Assembly (NCBI GenBank): GCA_964270895.1
Contig: OZ185437.1
Length of the DNA: 64,000 nt
Source: Podarcis filfolensis
Lineage: Eukaryota
Direction: 5' to 3' (one strand)
Part shown: in pieces, positions 12,915 to 23,951 of the stretch
How positions within the stretch are numbered: position 1 is the stretch's first letter
How the letters are laid out: each line of letters opens with the position of its first letter
The notes under the pieces: generated by a model
Databases searched by the model: none
The model's input: only the letters and a program-made list of their open reading frames with translations
What the model was told of the DNA's origin: nothing
Position numbers and translations under genes: made by a program

Positions 12915-12989
12915 TTAGCCACAGCAAAAGCTACAGCATTAGAGTCTTGTGGTACCTTAAAGATGAAAATAATATTTATTATGGCATTA
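12915..12989 (-). mobile_element. Degenerate Penelope terminal-repeat remnant
   Basis: tagcc..gcaaaa..agagtcttgtggtaccttaaagat..atttattatggcat resembles the arm at 16671-16760. The ribozyme part is missing. Confidence 0.45.
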
Positions 12990-13582
12990 TAATAAATAGT
13001 TCATAAATTGACAAAAGACTCTTAGACTGTTTTATAGCGGTTGTCTCCTACAACAGGAACTTAATTGGGTTATAGCATCATCCTGTAGAATTGTTTTGTT
13101 TCCATACAGACATGCAAAGAAAAAAAAAGGATTACTGTATCTTCTTTAATTTTCTTTGAAGGATACACATGCCCAAAATCTTGCAACACTTTCTCAATAA
13201 GCACAGTTCCTTGATTTCATCTTTATTTTTTTTACTAAAGAGAGCTGCTGGTACATGTTTAATTAGCCACTAGGCTTATATCTCTGGTCTCAAGAGCACC
13301 GACTAAATTTGAAGTAATTTTAGGTATCTAGTCACTGTAGGATGGGAGGTATTTGTTTGTTACTATGTTATGTATGTCTGTGCTTTTATATTGTAAACCA
13401 CCCTGGGATCATTGGATGAAGGGTGGTATAGAAATTTAATAAACAAACAATAAATAGACTAACAAACAGACAGACAAACAAATAAAATATGTTCATGCAA
13501 GGGAAGTTTCCTGTTCTCTTCTTCCCCCTGCAGCTGTCTGTGCCCCCTAAAAATCCTCTCTGGAGGATCAGGAGTCAGAACC

Positions 13583-14170
13583 TGTCATGAACTGGTTGGA
13601 CACAGAAGAATGGTGGGAGGAACCAGCTGGGAAACCACCAAGGGAAGAAGGCTCAGAGCCCAGGGAGTGGTGGTGGGATAACAATGAGTGATTAGAGGGG
13701 AAAGAGAAGGTGTCAGAAGCTGAAGAGCTAACAGGTCTTAGTGAGCTGGGAGAAACTGTGGCAGAGAGAAGTCCAGAATCAGAGGCAGAAGCTAAAGCAG
13801 GTGAGTGGGAGGAGGGAGGTCAAGAAACAGATGAGTCAGGCTGGTGATGAGTCACTGGTGTCTCTTCTGTTGAGACCAACTCCCCTTCCCACTGACTCCT
13901 AGAGCCAGAAAAGGCATGAAGCAGGAGGAGCAGATGCAGACAAGGAGGTGCAGTCTCTGATTGCTTGGGAAAAGCCTGGAGAAAAGGGAACATAGATGGC
14001 TGAGGGGGGGGGAACCTTTAGACTAGACAACTGATTTCATGGGGTGAGGCCTACAACCTGCTGCACTCATTAGGCCTGACACAAATCCAAGTCTGTAAAG
14101 ATCATGTTTTTACTAATAAAGCGTTAACTCCAATGTTGAATGGTGTGATATTCTGGCCAGCTTCTAAGCA
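13583..14170 (+). mobile_element. Possible LTR-like element
   Basis: Starts TGTCA, purine-rich body, AATAAA near 14115. Right end and TSD not resolved. Confidence 0.4.
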
Positions 14171-14298
14171 ATGTAAGTAGGGTATGTTTATGTAGGACAT
14201 GGGGAGCTGCTGGGTAAAAGTGGAATTGCCCACAACTGTAGCTGCTAGAGATTTGTATTGCACTGTAGATTTATTAACAAATATATTCTTTCTTTCAG

Positions 14299-14371
14299 GG
14301 AGATTGGTACAATCATTAGGTCATTAGGATGCTGCCCAAGTGAAGGGGATCTACATGATATGATTGCAGAG
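14299..14371 (+). CDS. EFCAB2: EFCAB2 coding exon 3 (EIGTIIRSLGCCPSEGDLHDMIAE)
   Basis: Acceptor tctttcag, donor GAG|GTACTT, 73 nt, phase consistent. Calmodulin-like GTIIRSLGCCP motif. Confidence 0.95.
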
Positions 14372-16061
14372 GTACTTTATGTGTTTTTTAAGTTCTATCA
14401 TTTTATACAGGAAATCTGATCTCTCTAAATTAACAAAAGTTAGAAATACCATATGGAGGAACTGCCTTTATACCCATACCTAAAGTGCATCATTTGTGCA
14501 CAGTTCAGAGCCCTCCATGAGTGTGAGAGCAAAAAGACTGAAGCAGGGAACCTTATCTGTGGTGGAAACCCTTGTGAGAATTAAATTAAAATTAACATTC
14601 TCACAAGGGCTGTGCACCCTCACTCTCCTTGCACCTTTGTTTATACCTGACAAGACCAAATGCCCAGATAGGGCTAATGACTTTAACCTCAGGACTGTCT
14701 AATCAAATTGCTCCTGTGTAGTAAATACCAGTTTTCAGGAAATACTCAACTGTGAAATTGATGAAGTAAAATAATGACTTGGTAATGCTACAGGCTACTG
14801 TATCAATAATGAATGCAGTCAATAGGTCTTAGAAGTATAACTTTACTTTTGTGGATAAAGCACTTCTGTAACAATTCCTTAACTAGAGGTCTATTCTACA
14901 CAGTGTCACTAGACTGCCTCTGTTCTTTTCTGATCTTGACTATGAAAGGTATCCTGTTCTTCATGGATGGGTTCCTTCTTCCAAGAGAAATAACTGCTCC
15001 AGTGTAAACAATTTCATATAATAACATTTTATTCTTTCAAAAATTATGTTTTGAAGGAGCAGTGTTTTGTATAAATGTACTGTTACCACTAGAGGACAAT
15101 GTTGAGTTACTGAAAATGCCCACTGTTGCTTGTCTCGTGTAGTCTTGGGAGTATTATGATAATGAACAAATTGGATGTCAACAAACAATATGTTTAAAAC
15201 AACAAGCTTTAACCTATATAATTGTTAGAATCATCTTAGTATCCTTGTTAGAATCTTAATTTTCATCATCATCATCACCACTTTTAATTTGTATACTGTA
15301 TTTCTATTTTACGATACCCAAAGTGGTTTACAAGCTGAAGAAACAAAGAATGTACACCTTTTAACAATCTAATCCAATAGAAAAATATGATAATAAAACA
15401 TAACGTTAAATAAGCAACTTATATCAAATAAAGTAATATTCAACAATCCATTAGAATAGTATAGAATAATATTAAATACCAGCATATAAAAATTAAACAG
15501 AAATCCACTCTTAACAATTGTAATAAAAAGATTCTAAACTATAATCAGTAAAACAACTGCAAGTCACAGTGCATAAAATAATACAATACAAATTGAGAAG
15601 CAGAGACTGGAGGATGGGGCAAGACAGGTGGAAGAAGGCAAGGCAGTAATAAGAACACATCCTATTAATGTTCAGTGATTCTCCCAGCATGTTTTCAAAC
15701 TGAGATAGGATTGTCTGCCAATACAAAGTGTATTTAGCATATTTTATTTAGTGTATTTTATTGAGTCATTATATTTTGCTATATAAAATTTCTATTTAAG
15801 AGTCGGCTCTGGTATAATGTGGAGACCAATCTCCCATGACTTTCCTAACATAGAAAAGCAAAGTGGCACCAGATAGCTTTCTGCACTGTAACATATCACT
15901 GGTGTCAGCTGACCCAGGTATTAGGTAAGTGAAATCTATCTATAACTGGCCTCTCATAGTATAATTTGTGCTAACGTGTAGGCTGCCTGCTAATGGTTGC
16001 AAATCTAGCGGGAGTTGAAATACTGTATCGAGGAACTACAAGCACTATTCCTAAGTTATTT

Positions 16062-16239
16062 GGGGACCAGGTTGTAATTCAATTGCAGAGTGCATGCTTT
16101 GCATACAAAAGATTCAGAGTTCAAGACCTGCCAGGTATAGCTAAGAAAGACCTCATTCTGAAACTCTGGGGAGTTGCTTCCAATCAGCGTAGATAAACCA
16201 ACGGTCTGACTCTGTATAAATCAGCTTCCTTTGTTCCTA
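16062..16239 (+). mobile_element. Squam2-type tRNA-derived SINE
   Basis: cagagtgcatgctttgcatac head, ggtctgactctgtataaatcagcttcctttgttcct tail. Confidence 0.65.
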
Positions 16240-16754
16240 TGCTGACATCAGAGAAACCCCAAACTCCTTTTTTTAATATTGGTGCAAGGTAGTTTAAAGG
16301 GGACGTGTTCATGGTACATTCTGCAGGCATTCTGCTCCTCCTGTTTTGAGCATCTACTGATTCAGACTTTCACCATACACTCCCACCCTGATTATGCCCA
16401 TGCAGATGCATACTCTGTGGTCCCATGTCTGAGCACTCTGTATGTGGCCAGTGTCACTGATCAGCGAGGAAGGAGAGGAATGGGGACTGGTCTGATGTAT
16501 CCTCTCTGCTCTCCACATCTGACTGCCCTCTGCTACAGATGTCCTATTCTCAGCATCAGTCCATGGATTCAATGCATCCGTGTGAAGGATAATATATTTG
16601 CCTTTCTTTTATTATTATGTTTGCAAATATCTACTAGCTTAAACTTGAGAAAACTCCAGTTACAGATAGGTAGCCGTGTTGGTCTGCCATAGTCAAAACA
16701 AAAAATTTTTTTTCCTTCCAGTAGCACCTTAAAGACCAACTAAATTAGTTCTTG

Positions 16755-16792
16755 GTATGAGCTTTCGTGTGCATGCACACTTCTTCAGATAC
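16755..16792 (-). ncRNA. Second identical hammerhead motif in the inverted Penelope arm
   Basis: Exact reverse complement of 18040-18077. Confidence 0.75.
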
Positions 16793-17106
16793 ACTGAAAC
16801 AGAAGTTGCCAGATCCTTCTATATAGTGAGAAGGTGGGGAGGGGTATTACTCAGAAGGGTGGTGGGAATGGGTGATTGGCAGATAGCTGTGATGAGCCTG
16901 TTGACGACTCTTAACGACTGCAATAGGTCTTACAGGAAAAAGCAAGGGGTGAGAAGGTGAAAAATGGCTTTGTCATGTATAATGAGATAAGAATCCAATG
17001 TCTTTGTTCAGACCAGGTCTCTCCATGGTTTTAAGTTTGGTAATGAGTTGCAATTCAGCAGCTTCTCTTTCCAGTCTATTTCTGAAATTCCTTTGTAGTA
17101 ATACAG

Positions 17107-17859
17107 CAAACCTTTTTAGAACTAAAATACCCAGCAGATGAAGTTAGACAACAAATCAACAGAGCCAGAGAGATACCCAGAGAGAACTTGCTGCAAGACA
17201 GACCCAAAAAAGAAAATAACAGAACACCTCTAGTCATCACATACAGCTCCCAAGTTAAAACAGTACAACGCATCATCAGAGATCTACAACCTCTCCTGGA
17301 CAATGACAGTTCTCTTTCTCAAGCTCTGGGAGGAAGACCTTTCATTGCCTACAGACAGCCACCCAATCTTAAACAACTCCTAACCCACAATAATACTACA
17401 ACCAGACGTAACACAGACACTGGCACCAGAGCCTGCAATAAACCCAGATGCCAACTTTGCTGCCACATACACCCGGACAACACCATTACTGGCCCCAACA
17501 ACATCACACATACGATCTCGGGACTATTTAATTGCTCATCGTCTAACATTGTATATGCCATCAAATGCCAACAGTGTCCTTCAGCTCTCTATATTGGACA
17601 AACAGGCCAAACCTTACGCCAAAGAATAAACGGACATAAATCGGACATCAAGAATCACAAGAGAGAGAAACCAGTAGGAGAGCACTTCAATCTCCCAGGA
17701 CATTCTATACAAGATCTCAAAGTAGCTGTATTACTACAAAGGAATTTCAGAAATAGACTGGAAAGAGAAGCTGCTGAATTGCAACTCATTACCAAACTTA
17801 AAACCATGGAGAGACCTGGTCTGAACAAAGACATTGGATTCTTATCTCATTATACATGA
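17107..17859 (+). CDS. Penelope ORF C-terminal fragment: RT thumb, Cys-rich linker (CNKPRCQLCCH), GIY-YIG endonuclease (VYAIKC..C..LYIGQT..LRQRINGH)
   Basis: Stop-free frame extends upstream of the listed ORF 17188 to the inversion junction (QTFLELKYPADEVRQQINRAR...). No own start codon, so it is a truncated copy. Confidence 0.85.
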   Translation, partial: QTFLELKYPADEVRQQINRAREIPRENLLQDRPKKENNRTPLVITYSSQVKTVQRIIRDLQPLLDNDSSLSQALGGRPFIAYRQPPNLKQLLTHNNTTTRRNTDTGTRACNKPRCQLCCHIHPDNTITGPNNITHTISGLFNCSSSNIVYAIKCQQCPSALYIGQTGQTLRQRINGHKSDIKNHKREKPVGEHFNLPGHSIQDLKVAVLLQRNFRNRLEREAAELQLITKLKTMERPGLNKDIGFLSHYT

Positions 17860-18039
17860 CAAAGCCATTTTTCACCTTCTCACCCCTTGCTTTTTCCTGT
17901 AAGACCTATTGCAATCGTTAAGAGTCGTCAACAGGCTCATCACAGCTATCTGCCAATCACCCATTCCCACCACCCTTCTGAGTAATACCCCTCCCCACCT
18001 TCTCACTATATAGAAGGATCTGGCAACTTCTGTTTCAGT

Positions 18040-18077
18040 GTATCTGAAGAAGTGTGCATGCACACGAAAGCTCATAC
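18040..18077 (+). ncRNA. Minimal type I hammerhead ribozyme motif (dimer-type) in Penelope arm
   Basis: GTAT-CTGAAGA-A-GTGTG(CATG)CACAC-GAAA-GC-TC-ATAC: stem I GTAT/ATAC, core CUGANGA, stem II, GAAA, palindromic AGCU in place of stem III, UC cleavage triplet. Confidence 0.75.
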
Positions 18078-18202
18078 CAAGAACTAACTTAGTTGGCCTT
18101 TAAGGTGCTACTGGAAGGAAATTTTTTTGTTTTGTTTTGAGAAAACTCGTTTTCTTTTCTGTTTGTCTGTATTTCATCTTGCTTTTGTATTCTTATTTTT
18201 AG

Positions 18203-18282
18203 GTAGAAGAAGAAGAACCAACTGGGTTTATTCGTTTGGAAAAATTTCTTCCCATGATGACTAGAGTATTGACGGAAAGAAG
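18203..18282 (+). CDS. EFCAB2: EFCAB2 coding exon 4 (VEEEEPTGFIRLEKFLPMMTRVLTER)
   Basis: Acceptor atttttag, donor AG|GTGATT, 80 nt, in frame. Confidence 0.95.
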
Positions 18283-18928
18283 GTGATTTTAAAAAGGACC
18301 TGTTTATATAACTTGAGTCATGCATATATTTATATAGGGTGGGCTATTGGGTTGTTGTTTATATTTTTATTATGTATTTTGTGGTTTTATATCTTGATTT
18401 TCTCTGTGAACCACCCTGAGGCCCCCGGGTGTAGGGCGGTATATAAATTGAAATAATAATAATAATAATCACTCACACACATCTAATTTTATTCAAGGTT
18501 CTTTTATAAGCTGTACAGACAAAATCAGTTTTAAAGTATAAGCTTCACTGTGAAAAAAATACAATAGATTTGTTTTTAAAACTGGGCATGTCGATTCTAC
18601 TATTCTTCCACTGTATTGACTTCATTGTGTATGTGTTTCTAGAGACTTTCTCTTAAATAAAATGGTAGCAAATTCCATGGCAAGATATGCTAAGAACAAA
18701 AATTGGCATGGATAATGACTTTACCTAATTAGCAGTACAAAGTAAGCATCATCATAAGTAATTCATAGACCTCTGCTTAGAGGTCTTTCTCAGAGCCCAG
18801 ATTGCAAAAACAAATGATACTCTTCTTAAAAGAGAAGAGCAAGGCAATGGTGCTGCTTCAGCAAAGAGACTGGGGCACAACTGAGATGCATAACACCACT
18901 AAGTCTTTTTTTAATTGAATCATTTCAG

Positions 18929-18971
18929 GTACCGCCCAATTCCAGAAGATATTCTTTTACGTGCATTTGAG
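18929..18971 (+). CDS. EFCAB2: EFCAB2 coding exon 5 (YRPIPEDILLRAFE)
   Basis: Acceptor catttcag, donor GAG|GTCTGT, 43 nt, in frame. Confidence 0.95.
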
Positions 18972-19060
18972 GTCTGTATCAATTAAATTCTACTTACGGA
19001 GGAAAATACTACTTAAACCAAGAGAAGGAAGAGTAACACTTTATATTCTATTCTTTTTAG

Positions 19061-19127
19061 GTTTTAGACCAGAATAAATGTGGACATCTTACTAAAGATG
19101 AGCTGGTCAAGTACATGACTGAAGAAG
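19061..19127 (+). CDS. EFCAB2: EFCAB2 coding exon 6 (VLDQNKCGHLTKDELVKYMTEE)
   Basis: Follows an 89-nt intron. Acceptor ctttttag, donor G|GTATAT, 67 nt, contains an EF-hand loop. Confidence 0.95.
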
Positions 19128-19588
19128 GTATATTTACAAGATGCTTTTGCTGTTCTTAAGTGCAGACTCCACAGCTATATGTGGTCAGCTCCCACCTCTG
19201 CCTCTGATAGTGCAGGAACCCGGAAAAGGGCCTCTGAGAAGGGCCCAGGTTTGGAGGGGACCCCAATTTTTGGGGTTCGTAGTTAATTTTACTTTCTGAG
19301 AATGATCTTAATAATCAGGCAGGCTCATGTGGGGGAAGGTGGCCCTAAAGACACTTGAATCGCTAGCCATTAACATTGAAAACCAGCACTTTGAATTGTG
19401 CTAAGAGGTTACCAAGTTCATCTGTTATATGATTATGTGTGTATGCAATGTGTGTACCCAGGTCTGTGCTTTATTCTTGGTGTGATTGAAAAAACTTATG
19501 GTAAATAGCAAGAATGCTTGAGAAGGCTGAGCAGTAATAAATAAATAAAAACAATAGCCATTTGCAAATATTCCTGTTTTTGCTGCAG

Positions 19589-19704
19589 GTGAGCCTTTTA
19601 CTCAAGAAGAAATGGAGGAAATGCTGTCTGCTGCTGTGGATCCAGAAACAAATAATGTTCGCTACAAAGACTACATCTCAATGATGGTTGTGGATGAAAA
19701 CTAA
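19589..19704 (+). CDS. EFCAB2: EFCAB2 last coding exon (GEPFTQEEMEEMLSAAVDPETNNVRYKDYISMMVVDEN*)
   Basis: Acceptor tgctgcag, TAA at 19702-19704. The seven exons sum to 498 nt = 165 aa + stop with no frame break. Confidence 0.95.
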
Positions 19705-21375
19705 GCACTTCTTGTGTAACTCATATAGGTCTGACCCTTTTGCTTGGTGCTTGTTGATTAACATCATTGGAGTTGTTCTGTATTTGCCATGAGATTGCAG
19801 CAGAGGTTTATGTTGAAATAATTTATCTATGAAAATATTATCCTTTTATATACTTAGTAAAATGCAGAAGTTGTAAAAAGATAGTTTTCTAATGTTGATC
19901 GGTTTGGATAAGAAAATAAGAAAACTTTAGATTATGCAGAGGAAGCACGAACCACTGGGCCCAGCAGAATTTATTCCCAGGTAACTAAGTATAGGATCCC
20001 AGCCAAAAACTACAGTATGAAGTATTATCAATATTATTTATTGAATTTATATACCGCCCTATACCTGGAGGTGTCAGGGCAGTTCACAGAAAACACGTAC
20101 TAGGGAGGAAGTCCCATGAAACATAGCAAAACTCACTCCCAAGTAAACATGCATAGGTTACAGAACAAAACAATGAGGGGCAACATATTATTATTATTAT
20201 TAATTGCATTATTAGTCTTTTAAAAATGAAAAATAGAAATAATTTCATGAATTAATTCAGATGTAGACAAAACTAGGAAGAGTTGTGCTTCAAGTAAATA
20301 AGTTATGATATAACTAACATTTTGAAGGCAAAACTATTAGAGAGCAGTTCATATTTAACATTGATCCTTATATTTTGGTCTGCATGGATGTGAACTTACC
20401 AAATGTTTTGATTTATAGCAAAACTCTCTGAAACTATATGACTTTGATCTGACTTCATTAAGGAAGTTATGCAAACCAGTCAAACAGTCTAGTTGTTTGT
20501 TGAGACTTGAAATCTGTGGAGGAGCTGTTATTGAAAGGATTTTCTGTAACTAAAAGCAGAGCACTGGTGAAGGCTCTTGACTTGGGAACACTCTTTCCCC
20601 ATTGTTCCTAGAAAATAAGTTTGTTGACTTCCAGGTATGCTGTAATGCTTCTCTGTTTATTCAAGGTATTACTTCCCCCTCCATCCTAGGGGTCTAGTTT
20701 GCATTTAAGAAGATTCTGCTGACTAAATTGTGTTTGTGGTGGTGAAACTCTCTTCAGAGGTTTGCAGCATCACAATTTCTTGTTGATTCTCCTTAATAGC
20801 TATCTTGGAGTAGGCCAGGGAGGCCTGGTTAAGAGTAAGGCGGCAGTGTGCTTAAACCTTTTTACAAACACACTTGGAGATATAGCCCTGCCCCAGAGAG
20901 AGCAAATAAAAGACAAAGCAGGGGATAAATGTGCATGATCACAAGGCCTCTCTGTAGGATGGATTTAAAGGAAGTAGATGTGAAAAACTTAAGGGCAAGT
21001 GAGACCTTGGGCCAACCCATGTGAAAGACACTGGAATCATGAAATTATGAGTTACTTAGAAAGCTCCTACCATGAAAGCAAATGCAGGTTTTGAATATTT
21101 TTAGAAGAAATATTGTATGTTAATTCACGTCTACTTGCATTATCATGGTAAAAGTAACTTGGAGGCAAGATGGAACTCCTCCTCTCCGCTAGGAGGAGCA
21201 CAGAGAGAAGAACGTCATGGTGCACCTGTAGCAATGAAAACCAGATGCCTTCACCTGCCCCACCTACTACAAAACATGTCTCTCCTGCCTTGGTCTCTAC
21301 AGCCACAGCAGGTGCTGTGACTCTCCAAAGACTTGACTTTACCCCCAAAGGCACACTCTTCCATTGTCTCCCGAG

Positions 21376-21830
21376 TTAGAAAGATGCCAACAACAACCAG
21401 ATGGAACCCTTTTGGAATGGCACAGCTGCCAGTTGTCCAAGATACAATAGCCCAATGACATTTTATGACCATCCCCTTATGTAGGAGCCAACCCACTGCA
21501 ACCTAGTGACTCCTACTCCTACAGAACGTATCCTCAGGATACTACCCATCAATGGTATCCAAAGTCACAGGTCAAGAATAAGCAACAGGGCCACACTCTC
21601 CCTGCCTTCTCCTAATAAAAACCATCCATCAAGGTGACCAAGGGCAATTGGGTCCCACAGCCGGGACTGAACCCAGACTAGAATGTGTTCAGATAATCCG
21701 TTTCCTCCAAAAGTACTTGCAGTTGAACAGCTACCATCCTGCTGAGCACATTCCCCCACCCTGGGGATATTTTGCAGCAAGCCTCCAGAGCTGGCTTTTA
21801 AAGGCACAGTTGCACTACTGCTTCTATATG
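21376..21830 (-). mobile_element. Highly degenerate L2 RT fragment
   Basis: Reverse strand gives ESVALLLILDL...DTID...LQWVGSY, similar to L2 LLLLDLSAAFDTIDH...LQWF.SYL. Confidence 0.5.
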
Positions 21831-22110
21831 GGAAATAAGTAGAACCTCTTCATGTAAAGATGCGTTCATCACGTCAGTCTCCCCCAGCTCACTTGAATTA
21901 ACTGACAAGTAAGCACTAAGAAGGGAGGCAGTTACCCAGGCAGCCACAAGCACCTTGAGTCCTCAGGACTCAAAAGCTGAAACAGATCCCATAATATCAG
22001 ATATGCTGGACATTTCAGCTGCATCTGTCTCAACTATGGTGTTTAAATTTACACAGAAGCAAGCAACTTTATCCTCAAAATGCCTGACAATTTTTTCTTA
22101 GCAGGCACCC

Positions 22111-22401
22111 AAGAAGAAGAAGAAGAAGAAGAAGAAGAAGAAGAAGAAGAAGAAGAGGAGGAGGAGTTTGGATTTGATATCCTGTTTTATCACTACCCTA
22201 AGGAGTCTCAAAGCGGCTAACAATCTTCTTTCCCTTCCTCCCCCACAACAAACACTCTGTGAGATGGGTGGGGCTGAGAGACTTCAGAGAAGTGTGACTA
22301 GCCCAAGGTCACCCAGCAGCTGCATGTGGAGGAGCGGAGATGTGAACCCGGTTCCCCAGATTACGAGTCCACCACTCTTAGCCACTACACCATGCTGGCT
22401 C
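22111..22401 (-). mobile_element. Squam3-type CORE SINE with (CTT)n tail
   Basis: Reverse strand reads gagccagcatggtgtagtggctaagag (A box)...gggtgaccttgggc (CORE)...L2-like tail. (GAA)n at 22111-22155. Confidence 0.85.
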
Positions 22402-23796
22402 CAGACTCCCCATTCAGAGGGGCAGATATTAATAAACCCCACACCACTTGGAAAAGCACTGCTGGGCAGTTAATTGAGGATGTAATGGAGGTGAAAAAGA
22501 AGAATTTATTTGCTGCCCTCAACACCATACAGTAGGCACAGTCATGCACTCTAAAGTCAGCTTGGTCACCTTCCCAACAAATTTTGTGCTGTATTGCTGC
22601 AGTTGTCATGTAGCCTGTTTCATCATCCAGAGTACCGCAGGGAAACCAAGGAGCAGCATGGGCATCAGCATTGCTAAGGACTCTTAGGAGGAACCATGTT
22701 GATTGCCCTCTGCATCTCACCATTGCATAGTGAGCCTGGGGCCTCAACAGAATTGCCAGTTCTGTTCACCAGAATTTTGCCAGCTATGACTTATAATGTC
22801 TCTGCCAGTGTTGTGACCTGGCAACAATTGCCAAGAAGCAGTGAGGGTCCTGAATTTTACAAATTGACTTTAACTAACCAGCTAATTCTTTGCAAACTGG
22901 GTTCTAGTTCCACATGTATTCACATATTTAACTAATTTGTTTCTAATTACACATATTTTACCCATGTGTCTAGCATGAGATAATATGATTAGCCTTTTAT
23001 AAAAACATTATAATAACTACATTTCATTCTTAGGCTGTAGTTGCTGACTATAGAAAGAAGTCCAAAGTTAATTATTTACATTTTTTCTAGAGCCTGGGTG
23101 AATAATACTTCCTAATCCTGGTATCTGTTACTGCTTAAACTACTCTGAAATCTCTTCTAGGGACTCTTATCTCAAGACAGTAAATCAGATTTCTCACACT
23201 ATGCAAATAATTCAGTTGCAATATAGGGCAATCCAATATATGGTGGAGCCTTCATAACCTCTGTTTGTTCTCATAGAGTGGAATCAAGGTTGTGTAATAG
23301 CCAAGACAGGTGTATGGTGCCCAAATTTTGAACAGTGGCCTCTTATTTTTAGTTACAAAATGCTGTTCCTTTACACAGATCTTGAGAACATTAACTTGCC
23401 ATTTGCATCTAAGACTATGAATGAACCATTCTCAGAGACTAGTTTTATAGACTTGTTTCTTCTAGAACCTCTAATTAAGGCATGTGAAATAATTAAGATT
23501 GTTGCCTTCTGTATCAGTAATTTCTTCTACAATTAAATTTTCACTTATGTTTTTAATAACTTCCTTCCCTGCTTACAATGCTAATGACTAATTAGCCCCA
23601 GATTCGTTTTGTTTCAGTGCAATAAACAAGTAATGCCACAGTTTATTATTTTTTTTCTAATAAAGAGCAGAAGTGGAGCACCCCTGAATGCAATGAGTAA
23701 ATGCAAATAAAGTCTGAATAGCCTAAAATGTAATGAGAAAAACTGATTTTGACTTGTCTTTTGATTTGCAAATACTCTGCTTCTGAGAGTGGGTTT

Positions 23797-23951
23797 AGCT
23801 TAGCAGTTAGAGGAACATGTAGGAGCCAGGAAGTTAAAATCTCAGTTCAGCATGAGCAAACTGGGTGGCCTTAGGCCAGCAAGTTTGCCATCCCAAGCCC
23901 TGTCCCCATGTTCACTCTCTAATCAGGGGATAATACAGACCAATTTTACAG
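23797..23951 (+). mobile_element. Degenerate MIR-like SINE
   Basis: tagcttagcagttagag head, gggtggccttaggcca core. Confidence 0.45.

Larger units (their letters stand above)
16657..18136 (+). mobile_element. Penelope-like retroelement, 5'-truncated, with inverted terminal arms
   Basis: 12-bp TSD TTGAGAAAACTC (16645-16656, 18137-18148). 16693-17107 is the reverse complement of 17725-18140. Encodes an RT thumb and GIY-YIG domain. Confidence 0.92.
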
